From contig NZ_CP138858.1 of NCBI RefSeq assembly GCF_033878955.1, forward strand, positions 2,556,803-2,620,802: a stretch of DNA of 64,000 nt, written 5' to 3'. Position 1 is the first letter of the stretch. Every line of letters begins with the position of its first letter. The DNA comes from Coraliomargarita algicola (GTDB taxonomy: Bacteria > Verrucomicrobiota > Verrucomicrobiia > Opitutales > Coraliomargaritaceae). The translations under genes were made by a program, and so were the position numbers. Shown piece after piece: positions 9,618-19,249 of the stretch. The notes beneath the pieces were generated by a model, which worked only from the letters and a program-made list of their open reading frames with translations, made no database searches and was not told the origin of the DNA.

Positions 9618-10247
9618 CTACAACCCGAGTCGGGTGGCGTACCATGAGGCTTCGGCGCGGGTGGAGATGCCGAGCTTGCGGTAAATCGCTTTGATGTGGC
9701 TGGCTACGGTGGTGGGCGCGATCCCTAGCTGGCTGGCGACCTCGCTGTTGCGGTATCCGCGGGAAATGAGTACGAGGGTTTCTTTCTCGCGCTCGGTTAA
9801 GAGCTCGTGGTCGGCTTCGATGGGGCCGGTGCGCTGAAAGTGCTCCATGATGCGCTTGGCGATTGAGGGCGAGAGCGCGGGAACGCCTGTGCTGAGCTCG
9901 CGCAGCTGTCGACTCAGTTGCTCGGCGGGGTGCTCTTTGAGCAAATATCCCTGCGCGCCTGCGGAGAGGGCGGCGACGATGAGGGCGTCGTCGCCCATGA
10001 TGGTGATGATCACGCAAATGGTTTGTGGGCTGCTGCGTTGGATGGCTCGCAGGGCGTCCAGGCCGGAGCCATCGGGCAAGGACAGGTCGATCAGGGCGAG
10101 GTCGAACTCGGCTTTTGCGGTGGCTGCTCGGCTGCTTTTTAAATCGGGGGCTTCTGTGATCTGACAGTGGGGGAATGCTTGGCTCACGATCGCGTTGAGC
10201 CAACGGCGATTGTCGGCCTGGTCTTCGATGATGAGGCAGCTGTTCAT
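9618..10247 (-). CDS. two-component response regulator, NarL/FixJ (LuxR HTH) family
   Basis: REC domain (LIIEDQ...DLALIDLSLPDGSG) plus a LuxR-type HTH (LTEREKETLVLISRGYRNSEVASQLGIAPTTVASHIKAIYRKLG). Confidence 0.85.
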   Translation of the reverse strand: MNSCLIIEDQADNRRWLNAIVSQAFPHCQITEAPDLKSSRAATAKAEFDLALIDLSLPDGSGLDALRAIQRSSPQTICVIITIMGDDALIVAALSAGAQGYLLKEHPAEQLSRQLRELSTGVPALSPSIAKRIMEHFQRTGPIEADHELLTEREKETLVLISRGYRNSEVASQLGIAPTTVASHIKAIYRKLGISTRAEASWYATRLGL

Positions 10248-10249
10248 TT

Positions 10250-12130
10250 CTAGGAGGGCGAAGCGTTGCAGGGAATCTCTATGCGTAAATAGGTAGTTCC
10301 CTCTAGGCTGCTCAATTTGAAACTGCCGTCAAGTGCGTCGATGCGTGCCTGGATGTTGCCCAGTCCATTGCCTGCGGGAGAGGTCGCGGGATCGAAGCCC
10401 TTGCCATTGTCGCGAATTTCTAGCTGCAGTTGATTGTCTGTAGCCGTCAGCTGGATGGCCACCTGCGTGGGCTGGGCGTGGCGTATCGCATTACTCACAG
10501 CCTCGCGTAGGATCGAGCGCAGGGCATGGCTGAGTTGATGCGAGCTGACTGCCGGCAGCTGATCGGGGGCGGACCATTTAAACTCAATGCCGACCGCTTC
10601 CAGGCGTTCGGCGGTTTCGAGTCTGAGTTCGGCCAGGGTGGTGGCCAGTGTCTCGGCGCATTCTGAGGATTGATTGATGACGGCCCGCAGGTCGGAGAGT
10701 GAATCGCGAATGCGGGCGTCTTTGGTGGCGTTTTCCGAGCTGTGCAGTGCGCTGAGTAGTTGGGCGCCGATATTGTCGTGCATGTCGCGTGCGATCCGTG
10801 TGCGCTCCTCGGCGACGCCTTTTTCGTAGGCGGCCAAGCTGGCGAGTGCATGCTCCAGCATCGAGACGAGTTCGTTGGCCTGTGCGGCGTCGCGGGGGTG
10901 GAAGAGCGCACGTCCGCCACGTGCGTAGCGCAGTTCCAGTCCGGGGAGTCGGCCGACGGGGGGCAGGACCATGGTCAGACCATCGTCCTGTAGCTGCACC
11001 TGCGTCTGTGGCTGGCCGGTCGCTTGAGTCATTTCCAAGGGTTCAAAGACGGAGTGAATGACTGCACGCCAGCGATCGACCTCGTTTTTGGTGCCTGGTG
11101 GGGCCAGTGCCACGTCCACCACGCGTTGAAACAGGTCAAAGGTGTCCTGCGAATTGCGGGGCGCGAATCGTTGCCACAGCCAAGCCCGTGCGGGGAGCCA
11201 AACAAGCCCGCAAATCAGTAAAGCGACGGCCAGTGAGGTGCCGGTGGAGAATTGCAGGCCATAGACAAAAAACAGATCCATCACCACTAGGAGCAGCACC
11301 GCGAGCGCCCAGGCCATGACGCGCCGCCACCACTCACCCAGATCGAATAGACGGTAGCGCAAGATCCCCAACGCCAGTCCGCCATAGACCAGTAGGAAGA
11401 GCAGAAAGGCGTAGCCCTGGATGGGGGAGGTATCGATACCGAAGCTTTGCGGCAGTAAGATGAAAAAGCAGAACACACTGGTGCCGACCACCCAGGAGAG
11501 CAAAAACCACTGCAGCTTGGCGCGTTCCAGCGGATGGCGTCCACTGATGCGCCAATGCGCGCCGGCCAGCACAAAGGTCGCCAGCACCCCGAGCAAGACC
11601 AGGAAGCGGCGGGCAAAGGTCATCGACTCAAAGAGGCCGATCTGCTGGGCCACAAACCAAAGCACAAAGAGCGCCACCACCGAGGGGCCGACCCAGCGTG
11701 GGGCAATGCGGCGGGGATAGACCAGCAGCAAGGCGACGAAGCTGGCGGCAAAGAGACTGCCGCCGAGGAAATTAAGATCGCTGGCCCATTGCAGCAGGGT
11801 GCCGGGTACCGCCAGTTCACGCGTGGTGTAGGTCGCCGCCGCCGGCGCGAAAAGCAGGGTGGCCGCTCCGCTCAATAATAGATAGCGCGCGCTGGCCTCG
11901 CCGGGCCGAAAGGCAAACACCGCCGCGGAGACTAGCCAGGCCACTAAGCCGACCAGGCATTGCACCCAAAAGTCGGCGGGCAGATCCAGTAAGGGCCGGC
12001 CAGCGGGATCAGGTTGCACGATAAAGCGCTGCCCGTCCGCCGCGATGAAGCTGAGCGCGGGCGCGGCCTGCATGCGGGCCAGCCGCTCCTGCCGCTCCAG
12101 AAAGCGCCGATAGTTGGCATAGTCGCCCAT
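10250..12130 (-). CDS. multi-TM sensor histidine kinase (HisKA_3/HATPase_c); true 5' end may lie at ~12420 across a frameshift
   Basis: About 8 TM helices, H-box ARDMHDNIGAQLLSAL and a C-terminal HATPase (NGKGFDP...GNGLGNI). This frame stays open upstream of 12130. An alternative frame (12420 downward) encodes a signal anchor, and the two frames meet at the G6 run 12215..12220. Confidence 0.8.
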   Translation of the reverse strand: MGDYANYRRFLERQERLARMQAAPALSFIAADGQRFIVQPDPAGRPLLDLPADFWVQCLVGLVAWLVSAAVFAFRPGEASARYLLLSGAATLLFAPAAATYTTRELAVPGTLLQWASDLNFLGGSLFAASFVALLLVYPRRIAPRWVGPSVVALFVLWFVAQQIGLFESMTFARRFLVLLGVLATFVLAGAHWRISGRHPLERAKLQWFLLSWVVGTSVFCFFILLPQSFGIDTSPIQGYAFLLFLLVYGGLALGILRYRLFDLGEWWRRVMAWALAVLLLVVMDLFFVYGLQFSTGTSLAVALLICGLVWLPARAWLWQRFAPRNSQDTFDLFQRVVDVALAPPGTKNEVDRWRAVIHSVFEPLEMTQATGQPQTQVQLQDDGLTMVLPPVGRLPGLELRYARGGRALFHPRDAAQANELVSMLEHALASLAAYEKGVAEERTRIARDMHDNIGAQLLSALHSSENATKDARIRDSLSDLRAVINQSSECAETLATTLAELRLETAERLEAVGIEFKWSAPDQLPAVSSHQLSHALRSILREAVSNAIRHAQPTQVAIQLTATDNQLQLEIRDNGKGFDPATSPAGNGLGNIQARIDALDGSFKLSSLEGTTYLRIEIPCNASPS

Positions 12131-12615
12131 GGCCCCGTCCGGCTCGACCGTGAGGTCGAAGGCGCTGAGTTCCAGCTGATCTTCCTCGGTTTCGGCCCGG
12201 ACCAGAATGGTGCCGGGGGGATGTCGGCCGCGGGGCCCTTGCTGGCGCGCGCCTGCACGCCGCTGCCCGTGTCGCTCGGGGCCAGTTTTAATCCCAGCCA
12301 GGGCTGTTGATGAGCCAGTAGAGTGACGAGCAGCATCACCGCGATTCCCAGAGCCAGGGCTCCGGTCAATAGCGTCAGCGGTGGAACTTGTCGTCGTGGT
12401 AAGGTCTGGGAAGAAGCCATGCGCGGATAACTAGCTGAAAATCCTCTGTTCAGGGGATAGCCTGATTTCGAGAGAAAAGATATGATCAAGGCTTACGCTC
12501 ATTTCGTCCATAAGCGTCAAGGATTCTTTTCTTTCTGGCGAAATCACAGCGGCCACTAGCAACGGCTTAGCTGGGTCCGCATTGCGACACGACTACCACA
12601 CGACATTCTACTACC

Positions 12616-15600
12616 ATGCAACGAAACGCCCTCTTCACGGCCGTATCTCTATTCGCGACTGCGTCGCTCCCGACCACTGCGCTGCAAGCGGCACCGGACA
12701 CGGTCGATCCCATCTTCGCCGCATCAGCGGGGCATGTCTTTGATCCAGCTGAGACGGGGGGCGTGTCATCTGTGCTGGTGCAGCCGGACGGCAAGGTCCT
12801 TTTTGGCTCGAATGAAATGGTGGGGAATTTCGGCGGCACTACCCGCCGCACTGCCCTGACGCGCTTCAATCCTGACGGGACGGTCGACTCCTATTTCTTT
12901 GCCGACAACGAACCGACCGGCTCGGACTCCGGCATTTTCTATGATGACGCCGGCTGGTCCGAGACGCATGCGCTCGGGCTGCAGTCCGACGGCAAAATTA
13001 TCGCCGCTGGGGTGATGCAGGGCGTTCGCGACGGCACCAAGCTCGCGCCCACTGTAGAGTTTCGCTCAAAGAGCATTGTGCGCTTTAATGCGGACGGCAG
13101 CATTGACACCACTTTTCAAACCAATGGCACGGCTCCCAGCAGTGGCTTTAACTACATCGAGGACATCACCATCGGCCCTGATGACAGCATTTATGCAGTC
13201 GGTGGTTTCGGTGGCTTTCGTGATAGCGAGGGAGATCCTTACACCACTTGCTACGGCATCGCACGGCTCCACCCAAACGGCTCGCTCGACACCAGCTTCG
13301 GGCTGGATCCGGCCGAGTTTGGCGTCCCTGCCGGTGCTCCCAATCTTTCCGGTTTTTTCCGTGAAGCCACGATCGATCCTTCCGGCAAAATCTATGTCGC
13401 GGGCTCGTTTCAGTATGGATACAGTTACCCGCAGACCACCATCCCTGTGGTCGCCCGGCTCTTTCCAAACGGTCGCCTCGACACTACATTCAATGCCGCA
13501 GTGCCAGCGAATACGTTATCGATTACTGGGCTGGAACTAGAGCCCGACGGGCGCCTGGTGGTGCTCGGACACACAGACAACTATCAAACACAGAGCTTTG
13601 TCGTTCGCTTGCAGTCGGATGGCTCGCTGGATTCGTCCTTTAACCTCGATCCGTCGATCACCCGAACCACTGCTCGCCCCTTGCAACGCGACGCCGCCGG
13701 GCGCTACCTGCTAACCATTCCCGATGCTTCCGGCGAGGCGCCATTGGGGGTCCTGGTTCGTATCACCTCCACGGGAGCGATTGATTCCAACTTCCGAGCC
13801 GAGGGCACAGACTCGGGCACCAGTTTCTTCAATACCTTTACCACCGGCTTCAACGGGAAGATCTACGCCGGCAGTGGCGGCACGGAAGTCAACGGCGTGC
13901 CTACGATTAAACTGGTCGGCTTTGAGGGCGATGTCGTGCCCTCCAGCTTAGCTTGGACCTACACACAGATCGCTTCAGCAGAGTCCGCAGGTTCCGTCAT
14001 CCTCTCCGTCACCCGCAGCGGCGATTTGTCGGCGGCTGCATCCGTCAGTTATGCCACCGCAGCTGGTAGCGCCAATGCCGCTGACTTCACCGCAAGCTCC
14101 GGCACACTGAATTGGCCGGCTGGCGTCGGAGGCGTGCAATCTTTCACCGTCTCGCTGATCGATGATGTTAACGTGGAGTCGGATGAGACTTTTTCCGTCA
14201 ATCTATCCTCCGCCAGCGGCGCGACGCTGAGCGCCCCATCTTCGGTTACAGTCACCATCCGTGACGACGACTCTTTGCCCGTGATCGTCACCCCACCCGC
14301 AGCGCTGACAGTCAAAGAAGGCGAGCCCGCCCGTTTCTCAGTTGCCGTTTCCAGTGCTGTCGCCCCCAGTTTTCAATGGCAGAAAAGCGGCGTCGACATC
14401 CCGGGGGCGACTTCGGCGGTGTATACGATCGCAGCCACGAACTTGGGATCTGCAGCTGATTACAACGTCATCGTGACCACAGCAGCGGGCTCGACCCCGA
14501 GCGCCGCAGCGACCTTAACCGTCAACCCACCTGCCGCCGTGCCTGAATCTGGCGTTGCCCTAAGCGGTGTCACCACTCCGGGGCCATTCACTCTTCTCGC
14601 CGACGGCTCGATGTTGATGCTCGATGGAAGCTCCTTCGCTGGCTACACCTTGCGCAAACTCGACGGCACTTTTACGGTTGATCCCGGTTTTTCAGTGAGC
14701 ACGACGCCGGAGGGCAATATTTCTTCCAGTTCGGTTTATCCTTCGCCCATCGCCTTGCCGAACGGGCAGTTTATAGTGACTGGATTCTTCTCCGAGATCA
14801 ACGGCACCGTTCGACGCCGCTTGGCTAGGATGAATGCTGACGGCACACTCGATACCAGCTTTGTGCCCTTCTTCAACGACGGTAGTTTTCCGGTCAACGA
14901 ATACACCGGCTACTTCAACGGTCTCAGCGGCGTGCACGTCGGCGACAGCGGAACGGTGTATGCCCTCGTGAATAGTAGTAATCAGGGCAACCGCCTCTTC
15001 CGTCTACTCGCCGATGGCTCCGCCGATCCGAGTTTTAGCACGGCGTTTAATTATAGCACCTACAGTGATTTTTCCGCGCTGACTGAGTTGCCCGACGGTT
15101 CTATGCTGATTGGTTATGTCGCGGGTGGATACGGCGGCTTCGTGCGTGGCATCCGACGCGTGCTGCCCGATGGCAGCTTCGCTGCCGACTTCCCGCATTT
15201 CACGACCAGTCAAAACGTGACCGGCTTTGCCCTGATTGGAAACGACCGCTTTGCGGCGATTCATGGCAATTTGTTGACCATCCACAATCTGGAGGACGGT
15301 GCTCTCTTGGAAACGCACAGTTTCACTGGTACGCTCACTTCCATTCAGCCCTATCGCGGACGCTTGTTGCTGACCGGGCCGACCGTTTTCGATTCGATTG
15401 ATTTGCCCGGCCTCGCGCTCTTTTCGTTCGACGGCACAGTCGATGACAACTTCCCCGGTGGTGCCGGACCGAACGGCTATGTGACGAATGCCCAGGTCGA
15501 TGATCAGGGGCGTATCTTGGTGTCCGGCTCCTTCACCAGCTGGAATGGCGTGAGTGCGGCCGGATTTGCCCGCCTGCTGGTCGAGCGCCCGGAAATCGGT

Positions 15601-18600
15601 TTTGCGCTGAGCGGCGCGGCTCTCTTTGAAGACGAAGGCGCACTCAGCCTGGAGCTCGTTCGTTACGGCGATCACACGCAGGCCGCTTCCGTCCGTGTCC
15701 GTAGTGTGGATGGCACAGCCGTCTCGCCCGCCGATTTTGCCGCGATCGATCAAACTATTAGCTGGGCCGCGGGCGATGCCAGCTCGAAGACTGTGAGCAT
15801 TACGCTAGTCGATGATGCGGCGATTGAAGGCGATGAAAACTTTAGCCTGCAACTCTCCGAAGTTACCGGAGGCAGCCTCGTCTCTGACACGTTGACCGTG
15901 ACTCTCTACGACGATGATTCCCTCGCGCAGATCACTGAGCCGCCTGTCGATACATTTGCTGTGCTCGGTCAGTCCGCCACGCTCAGCGTCACGGCGACCA
16001 GCCCCAGCACCATGAGCTATCAATGGTATTTCAATGGACAACCGATTGCCTCCGCGACCGATGCCACTTATAGCATCCCCTCGGTTGCCGAGGCGAATGA
16101 AGGCAGCTACAGCGTGCGCATCAGCAACGACTACGGCAGCCTCGATTCCGATGAAGTGTCGCTCACCATCATCCCCGATCCGGCCGCGCTGGTGAGTGGA
16201 TACACCGGTATTACCCTTAACAGCGGCGTCGTTGCGCTCGATGTCGCGCCCGATGGCAGTGTGATCATCGTCGGCGGGTTCACCGATGTGGGCGGCCATA
16301 CGGCGATCGACTATGTGGCCAAAGTCGATGCCAGTGGCAATCTCGATACCAATTTCGTGCCAGCCGCGATCGCGAGCGGTTCCGTCCATGACGTCGCTTT
16401 GCAAGACGACGGAAAGGTCGTGATCGTCGGCTCTTTTTACACCGTCGGCGGCGAAAGCCTGCGCGGCATGGCCCGTCTCAATGCCGACGGCTCACTCGAC
16501 ACCGACTTTGCCAGCAACATTGCTGCCGGCACCACTGGCGCCGCCAATGCAGTCGATATTCTTAGCGACGGACGCATCGTATTCGGAGGCAGCTTTACCT
16601 CATGGAATAATCAATACATCGGTGCCTACAGCGCTGCGGTGGCCAACGCCGACGGCAGCTACGCGGGGGCTATGTCGAAAAACGACTCGCAAACGATCGG
16701 AGCAATCAAAGCACTCCCCGATGGGGGCGCTCTGGTCACGGCCAGCACCACATCATCCTCGCGGCAAAAGGTCTACAAGTATGATGCCAACCTGGTGGGC
16801 CAGAGCTTCACCTATTCATCCGGGCGCACCCGGGTGGATGCGATCGACCTCGCGCCCGACGGGGACTATCTCTTCGCCGGAAACGGTCAGGTGCTCAAAA
16901 TCAATCCCGATGGCAGCACCGATCAATCTGCTTCGCTCTACAATGCCACCGAGATAGCCGCTCAAATCAACGGAAAGTACATCGCCGCCGGTGGCTCTGG
17001 CAGCGGCCGGACCGTGCGCTATCTCTCGAACGGCACGGTCGATCCTTCCTTTGCTGACGGCACCGGTTTCAATAATTCCGTCAAAGATCTCGCGATTCGC
17101 CTGGATGGCAAAGTCTGGGTCGGCGGTAACTTTACCAGCTACAACGGCAGCGCCGTCAGCTATCTTGCGCTGCTCAATGGTGATCCCATCCCGCTGGCTC
17201 TGACTGTCCAGCCCGCCGCGCTCACGGTAGTTGATCCCGGCGAGGACGTTACCCTGACCGTTGCAGCGGTCGGCACCTCGGCCCTGAGCTACCAATGGTT
17301 CCACGATGGTGATCCGCTGGTCGATGGCGCAGGCATTGCCGGTAGTCAAAGCGCCAGCCTGGTGCTCAGCGCGGTCGATGATTTGGACAACGGCGACTAC
17401 ACGGTGGTCGTGAGTAACGAAGCCGGCACCCGCACCAGCGAGATCGCGCAAGTCATCGTCTTGGGCGCTCCGCAGATTTTGAGTCTCTCCGAGGATGTCA
17501 GCCTGCTGGAGGGCAGTTCGCTCACCTTGGAAGTCGAGGCCCTCGGCGCCGGCACGCTCAGCTATCAATGGTATCGCGACGGCACTCTGTTGCCGACGCA
17601 GACTGCGGCCACGCTGAGCATTGCCCCTCTCTCCGAAGCCGATGCAGGCAGCTATACCGTGGTGGTGAGCAACAGTATTGATGACACCCCCAGCGCCGGC
17701 ATCGAAGTTGAGGTGTTGGCCAACGCCGCGGCGATTGCACCGGGCTTTACGCCGCCCACAGTCACCGGTGGTCCAGTCAACCAAGTGCTGCCCCTGCCGA
17801 ACGGACGCGTGCTGGTCGGTGGTAATTTCGCATCGATCAGCGATGGTGTGAATACCTCCGGTGCCCGCCTCGCCGTGGTCGACGAGACCGGAGCCGTCAT
17901 TCCCGTGACAGGACTCTCCGCCGATGGCTCAATCGAATCGTTGCGCCTACAGGCAGACGGCAAAATTCTGCTCGCGGGCGGGTTTAACAATATCGGCAAC
18001 AGTGCCCGCGGGAAGCTCGCCCGTCTCAATGCCGACCTCAGCCTCGACACGGTGTTCAACCCGACTGGTCTGGTCGGCTCGTATTTCGGAGCTTTCGATA
18101 TTGCAGAGGAAGTCGGCGGCACGATCATCGCCGTGGGCTCCTTTACTGACTTCGGTGGTGAGCCCACTGCCGACTACGCCGTCCGTCTCAACGATGATGG
18201 CTCCTATAACAGCAGCTTCACCTCCGGCGCGAGTAATTGGATCTATCGCGTCTTTCCACAGGCTGATGGCAAGCTGATCTTCAGCGGGTGGTTCGGTGCT
18301 TGGGGCGGCACTGGAGATGAATACATTACCCGCACCGATGCGTCCGGAGCGCAGGATACCACGATCGATTACAACACCGGTTTCTTCTACACCAGCGATG
18401 CCTTTCAGCTCGCCAACGGCGATCTGCTCGCCGCCAGCTCCTATGGCGGCGGCGCGATTCGTCTGGCCGCCGACACAGGTGCCACCATCAGTCCCTTCCC
18501 GGTCGGTGGTAATATTGTGGGTGCTGTTCGTGCTTTTGCCGAAAGCCCCGCAGGCGATATTTATATCGGGGGCTATGTGAGCAGCGCCGCCGGGCAAACC

Positions 18601-19230
18601 GCGGGCCGTCTCATCCGCCTGGACGCGGCGGGCAATCGTGACTTCAACTTCGATACCGGGACCGGCTTTGACAACTACGTCAATGATCTCGCGTTGACCG
18701 ACAGCGGTCGCATCTGGGCGGGCGGAGAGTTTACCACTTATAACGGAATCACTGCGTCCAAACTCGTGCTGCTCAAAGGTAGCGCCGTGAGCGCGCCCAG
18801 TGATCCATTCGAGACCTTCGTCGCCTCGCTCCCCGCCAATCAACAAGGCGAAGACGACGATGCCGATGGCGACGGCTGGGCCAACCTGGTCGAGTTCCTG
18901 TTTGGCACTGCGCCCGACGATGCCTCTGCCGCGCCCGCGCCATTGCCCACCGGTTCGGTGCAAAGTGGCAGCAGTTTGAACAGCAGCTACGGCTTGTCCC
19001 TCGACGCGGCCAAGAGCTACCGCGTGGTTGAAGTCGAAATTCCCGTGGATCTGCAAGGCTTGAGCGTGACCCTCGAAGCCAGCCAGGATCTCAGCTTCAG
19101 CGGCGACGCCAGCGCAACCGAAATCGGCACGCCGATCAATAACGGAAGCACCGAAATCCGCCGCTACGTGATCACCCCCGCAATCGACGATGCCGCCAAG
19201 ATGTTCTGGCGACTCAAGGTCAGCCGTTGA
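12616..19230 (+). CDS. giant (2204 aa) secreted cell-surface repeat protein
   Basis: Signal peptide. Many delta-60-type repeats (LNADGSLDTSF). Calx-beta-like modules (DDxxxEGDExFS.LS). Ig-like modules ending in ...YQW. Asp-rich Ca-binding segment DDDADGDGW. Confidence 0.8.
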   Translation: MQRNALFTAVSLFATASLPTTALQAAPDTVDPIFAASAGHVFDPAETGGVSSVLVQPDGKVLFGSNEMVGNFGGTTRRTALTRFNPDGTVDSYFFADNEPTGSDSGIFYDDAGWSETHALGLQSDGKIIAAGVMQGVRDGTKLAPTVEFRSKSIVRFNADGSIDTTFQTNGTAPSSGFNYIEDITIGPDDSIYAVGGFGGFRDSEGDPYTTCYGIARLHPNGSLDTSFGLDPAEFGVPAGAPNLSGFFREATIDPSGKIYVAGSFQYGYSYPQTTIPVVARLFPNGRLDTTFNAAVPANTLSITGLELEPDGRLVVLGHTDNYQTQSFVVRLQSDGSLDSSFNLDPSITRTTARPLQRDAAGRYLLTIPDASGEAPLGVLVRITSTGAIDSNFRAEGTDSGTSFFNTFTTGFNGKIYAGSGGTEVNGVPTIKLVGFEGDVVPSSLAWTYTQIASAESAGSVILSVTRSGDLSAAASVSYATAAGSANAADFTASSGTLNWPAGVGGVQSFTVSLIDDVNVESDETFSVNLSSASGATLSAPSSVTVTIRDDDSLPVIVTPPAALTVKEGEPARFSVAVSSAVAPSFQWQKSGVDIPGATSAVYTIAATNLGSAADYNVIVTTAAGSTPSAAATLTVNPPAAVPESGVALSGVTTPGPFTLLADGSMLMLDGSSFAGYTLRKLDGTFTVDPGFSVSTTPEGNISSSSVYPSPIALPNGQFIVTGFFSEINGTVRRRLARMNADGTLDTSFVPFFNDGSFPVNEYTGYFNGLSGVHVGDSGTVYALVNSSNQGNRLFRLLADGSADPSFSTAFNYSTYSDFSALTELPDGSMLIGYVAGGYGGFVRGIRRVLPDGSFAADFPHFTTSQNVTGFALIGNDRFAAIHGNLLTIHNLEDGALLETHSFTGTLTSIQPYRGRLLLTGPTVFDSIDLPGLALFSFDGTVDDNFPGGAGPNGYVTNAQVDDQGRILVSGSFTSWNGVSAAGFARLLVERPEIGFALSGAALFEDEGALSLELVRYGDHTQAASVRVRSVDGTAVSPADFAAIDQTISWAAGDASSKTVSITLVDDAAIEGDENFSLQLSEVTGGSLVSDTLTVTLYDDDSLAQITEPPVDTFAVLGQSATLSVTATSPSTMSYQWYFNGQPIASATDATYSIPSVAEANEGSYSVRISNDYGSLDSDEVSLTIIPDPAALVSGYTGITLNSGVVALDVAPDGSVIIVGGFTDVGGHTAIDYVAKVDASGNLDTNFVPAAIASGSVHDVALQDDGKVVIVGSFYTVGGESLRGMARLNADGSLDTDFASNIAAGTTGAANAVDILSDGRIVFGGSFTSWNNQYIGAYSAAVANADGSYAGAMSKNDSQTIGAIKALPDGGALVTASTTSSSRQKVYKYDANLVGQSFTYSSGRTRVDAIDLAPDGDYLFAGNGQVLKINPDGSTDQSASLYNATEIAAQINGKYIAAGGSGSGRTVRYLSNGTVDPSFADGTGFNNSVKDLAIRLDGKVWVGGNFTSYNGSAVSYLALLNGDPIPLALTVQPAALTVVDPGEDVTLTVAAVGTSALSYQWFHDGDPLVDGAGIAGSQSASLVLSAVDDLDNGDYTVVVSNEAGTRTSEIAQVIVLGAPQILSLSEDVSLLEGSSLTLEVEALGAGTLSYQWYRDGTLLPTQTAATLSIAPLSEADAGSYTVVVSNSIDDTPSAGIEVEVLANAAAIAPGFTPPTVTGGPVNQVLPLPNGRVLVGGNFASISDGVNTSGARLAVVDETGAVIPVTGLSADGSIESLRLQADGKILLAGGFNNIGNSARGKLARLNADLSLDTVFNPTGLVGSYFGAFDIAEEVGGTIIAVGSFTDFGGEPTADYAVRLNDDGSYNSSFTSGASNWIYRVFPQADGKLIFSGWFGAWGGTGDEYITRTDASGAQDTTIDYNTGFFYTSDAFQLANGDLLAASSYGGGAIRLAADTGATISPFPVGGNIVGAVRAFAESPAGDIYIGGYVSSAAGQTAGRLIRLDAAGNRDFNFDTGTGFDNYVNDLALTDSGRIWAGGEFTTYNGITASKLVLLKGSAVSAPSDPFETFVASLPANQQGEDDDADGDGWANLVEFLFGTAPDDASAAPAPLPTGSVQSGSSLNSSYGLSLDAAKSYRVVEVEIPVDLQGLSVTLEASQDLSFSGDASATEIGTPINNGSTEIRRYVITPAIDDAAKMFWRLKVSR

Positions 19231-19249
19231 AGCGCCCATTTGATTCCGT

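Noticed and set aside
9361-10203. 280-aa Arg/Pro/His-rich ORF overlapping the response regulator in another frame
   Set aside because: Its composition is characteristic of an out-of-frame GC-rich reading. The co-located REC/LuxR frame has clear domain motifs.
17947-19239. 430-aa antisense ORF, plus the 15004-15753, 15805-16404 and 16816-17784 ORFs, opposite the giant adhesin gene
   Set aside because: These are shadow ORFs typical of GC-rich DNA. Their amino-acid composition is low-complexity Gly/Ala/Arg-rich, and the sense strand has a coherent domain structure.
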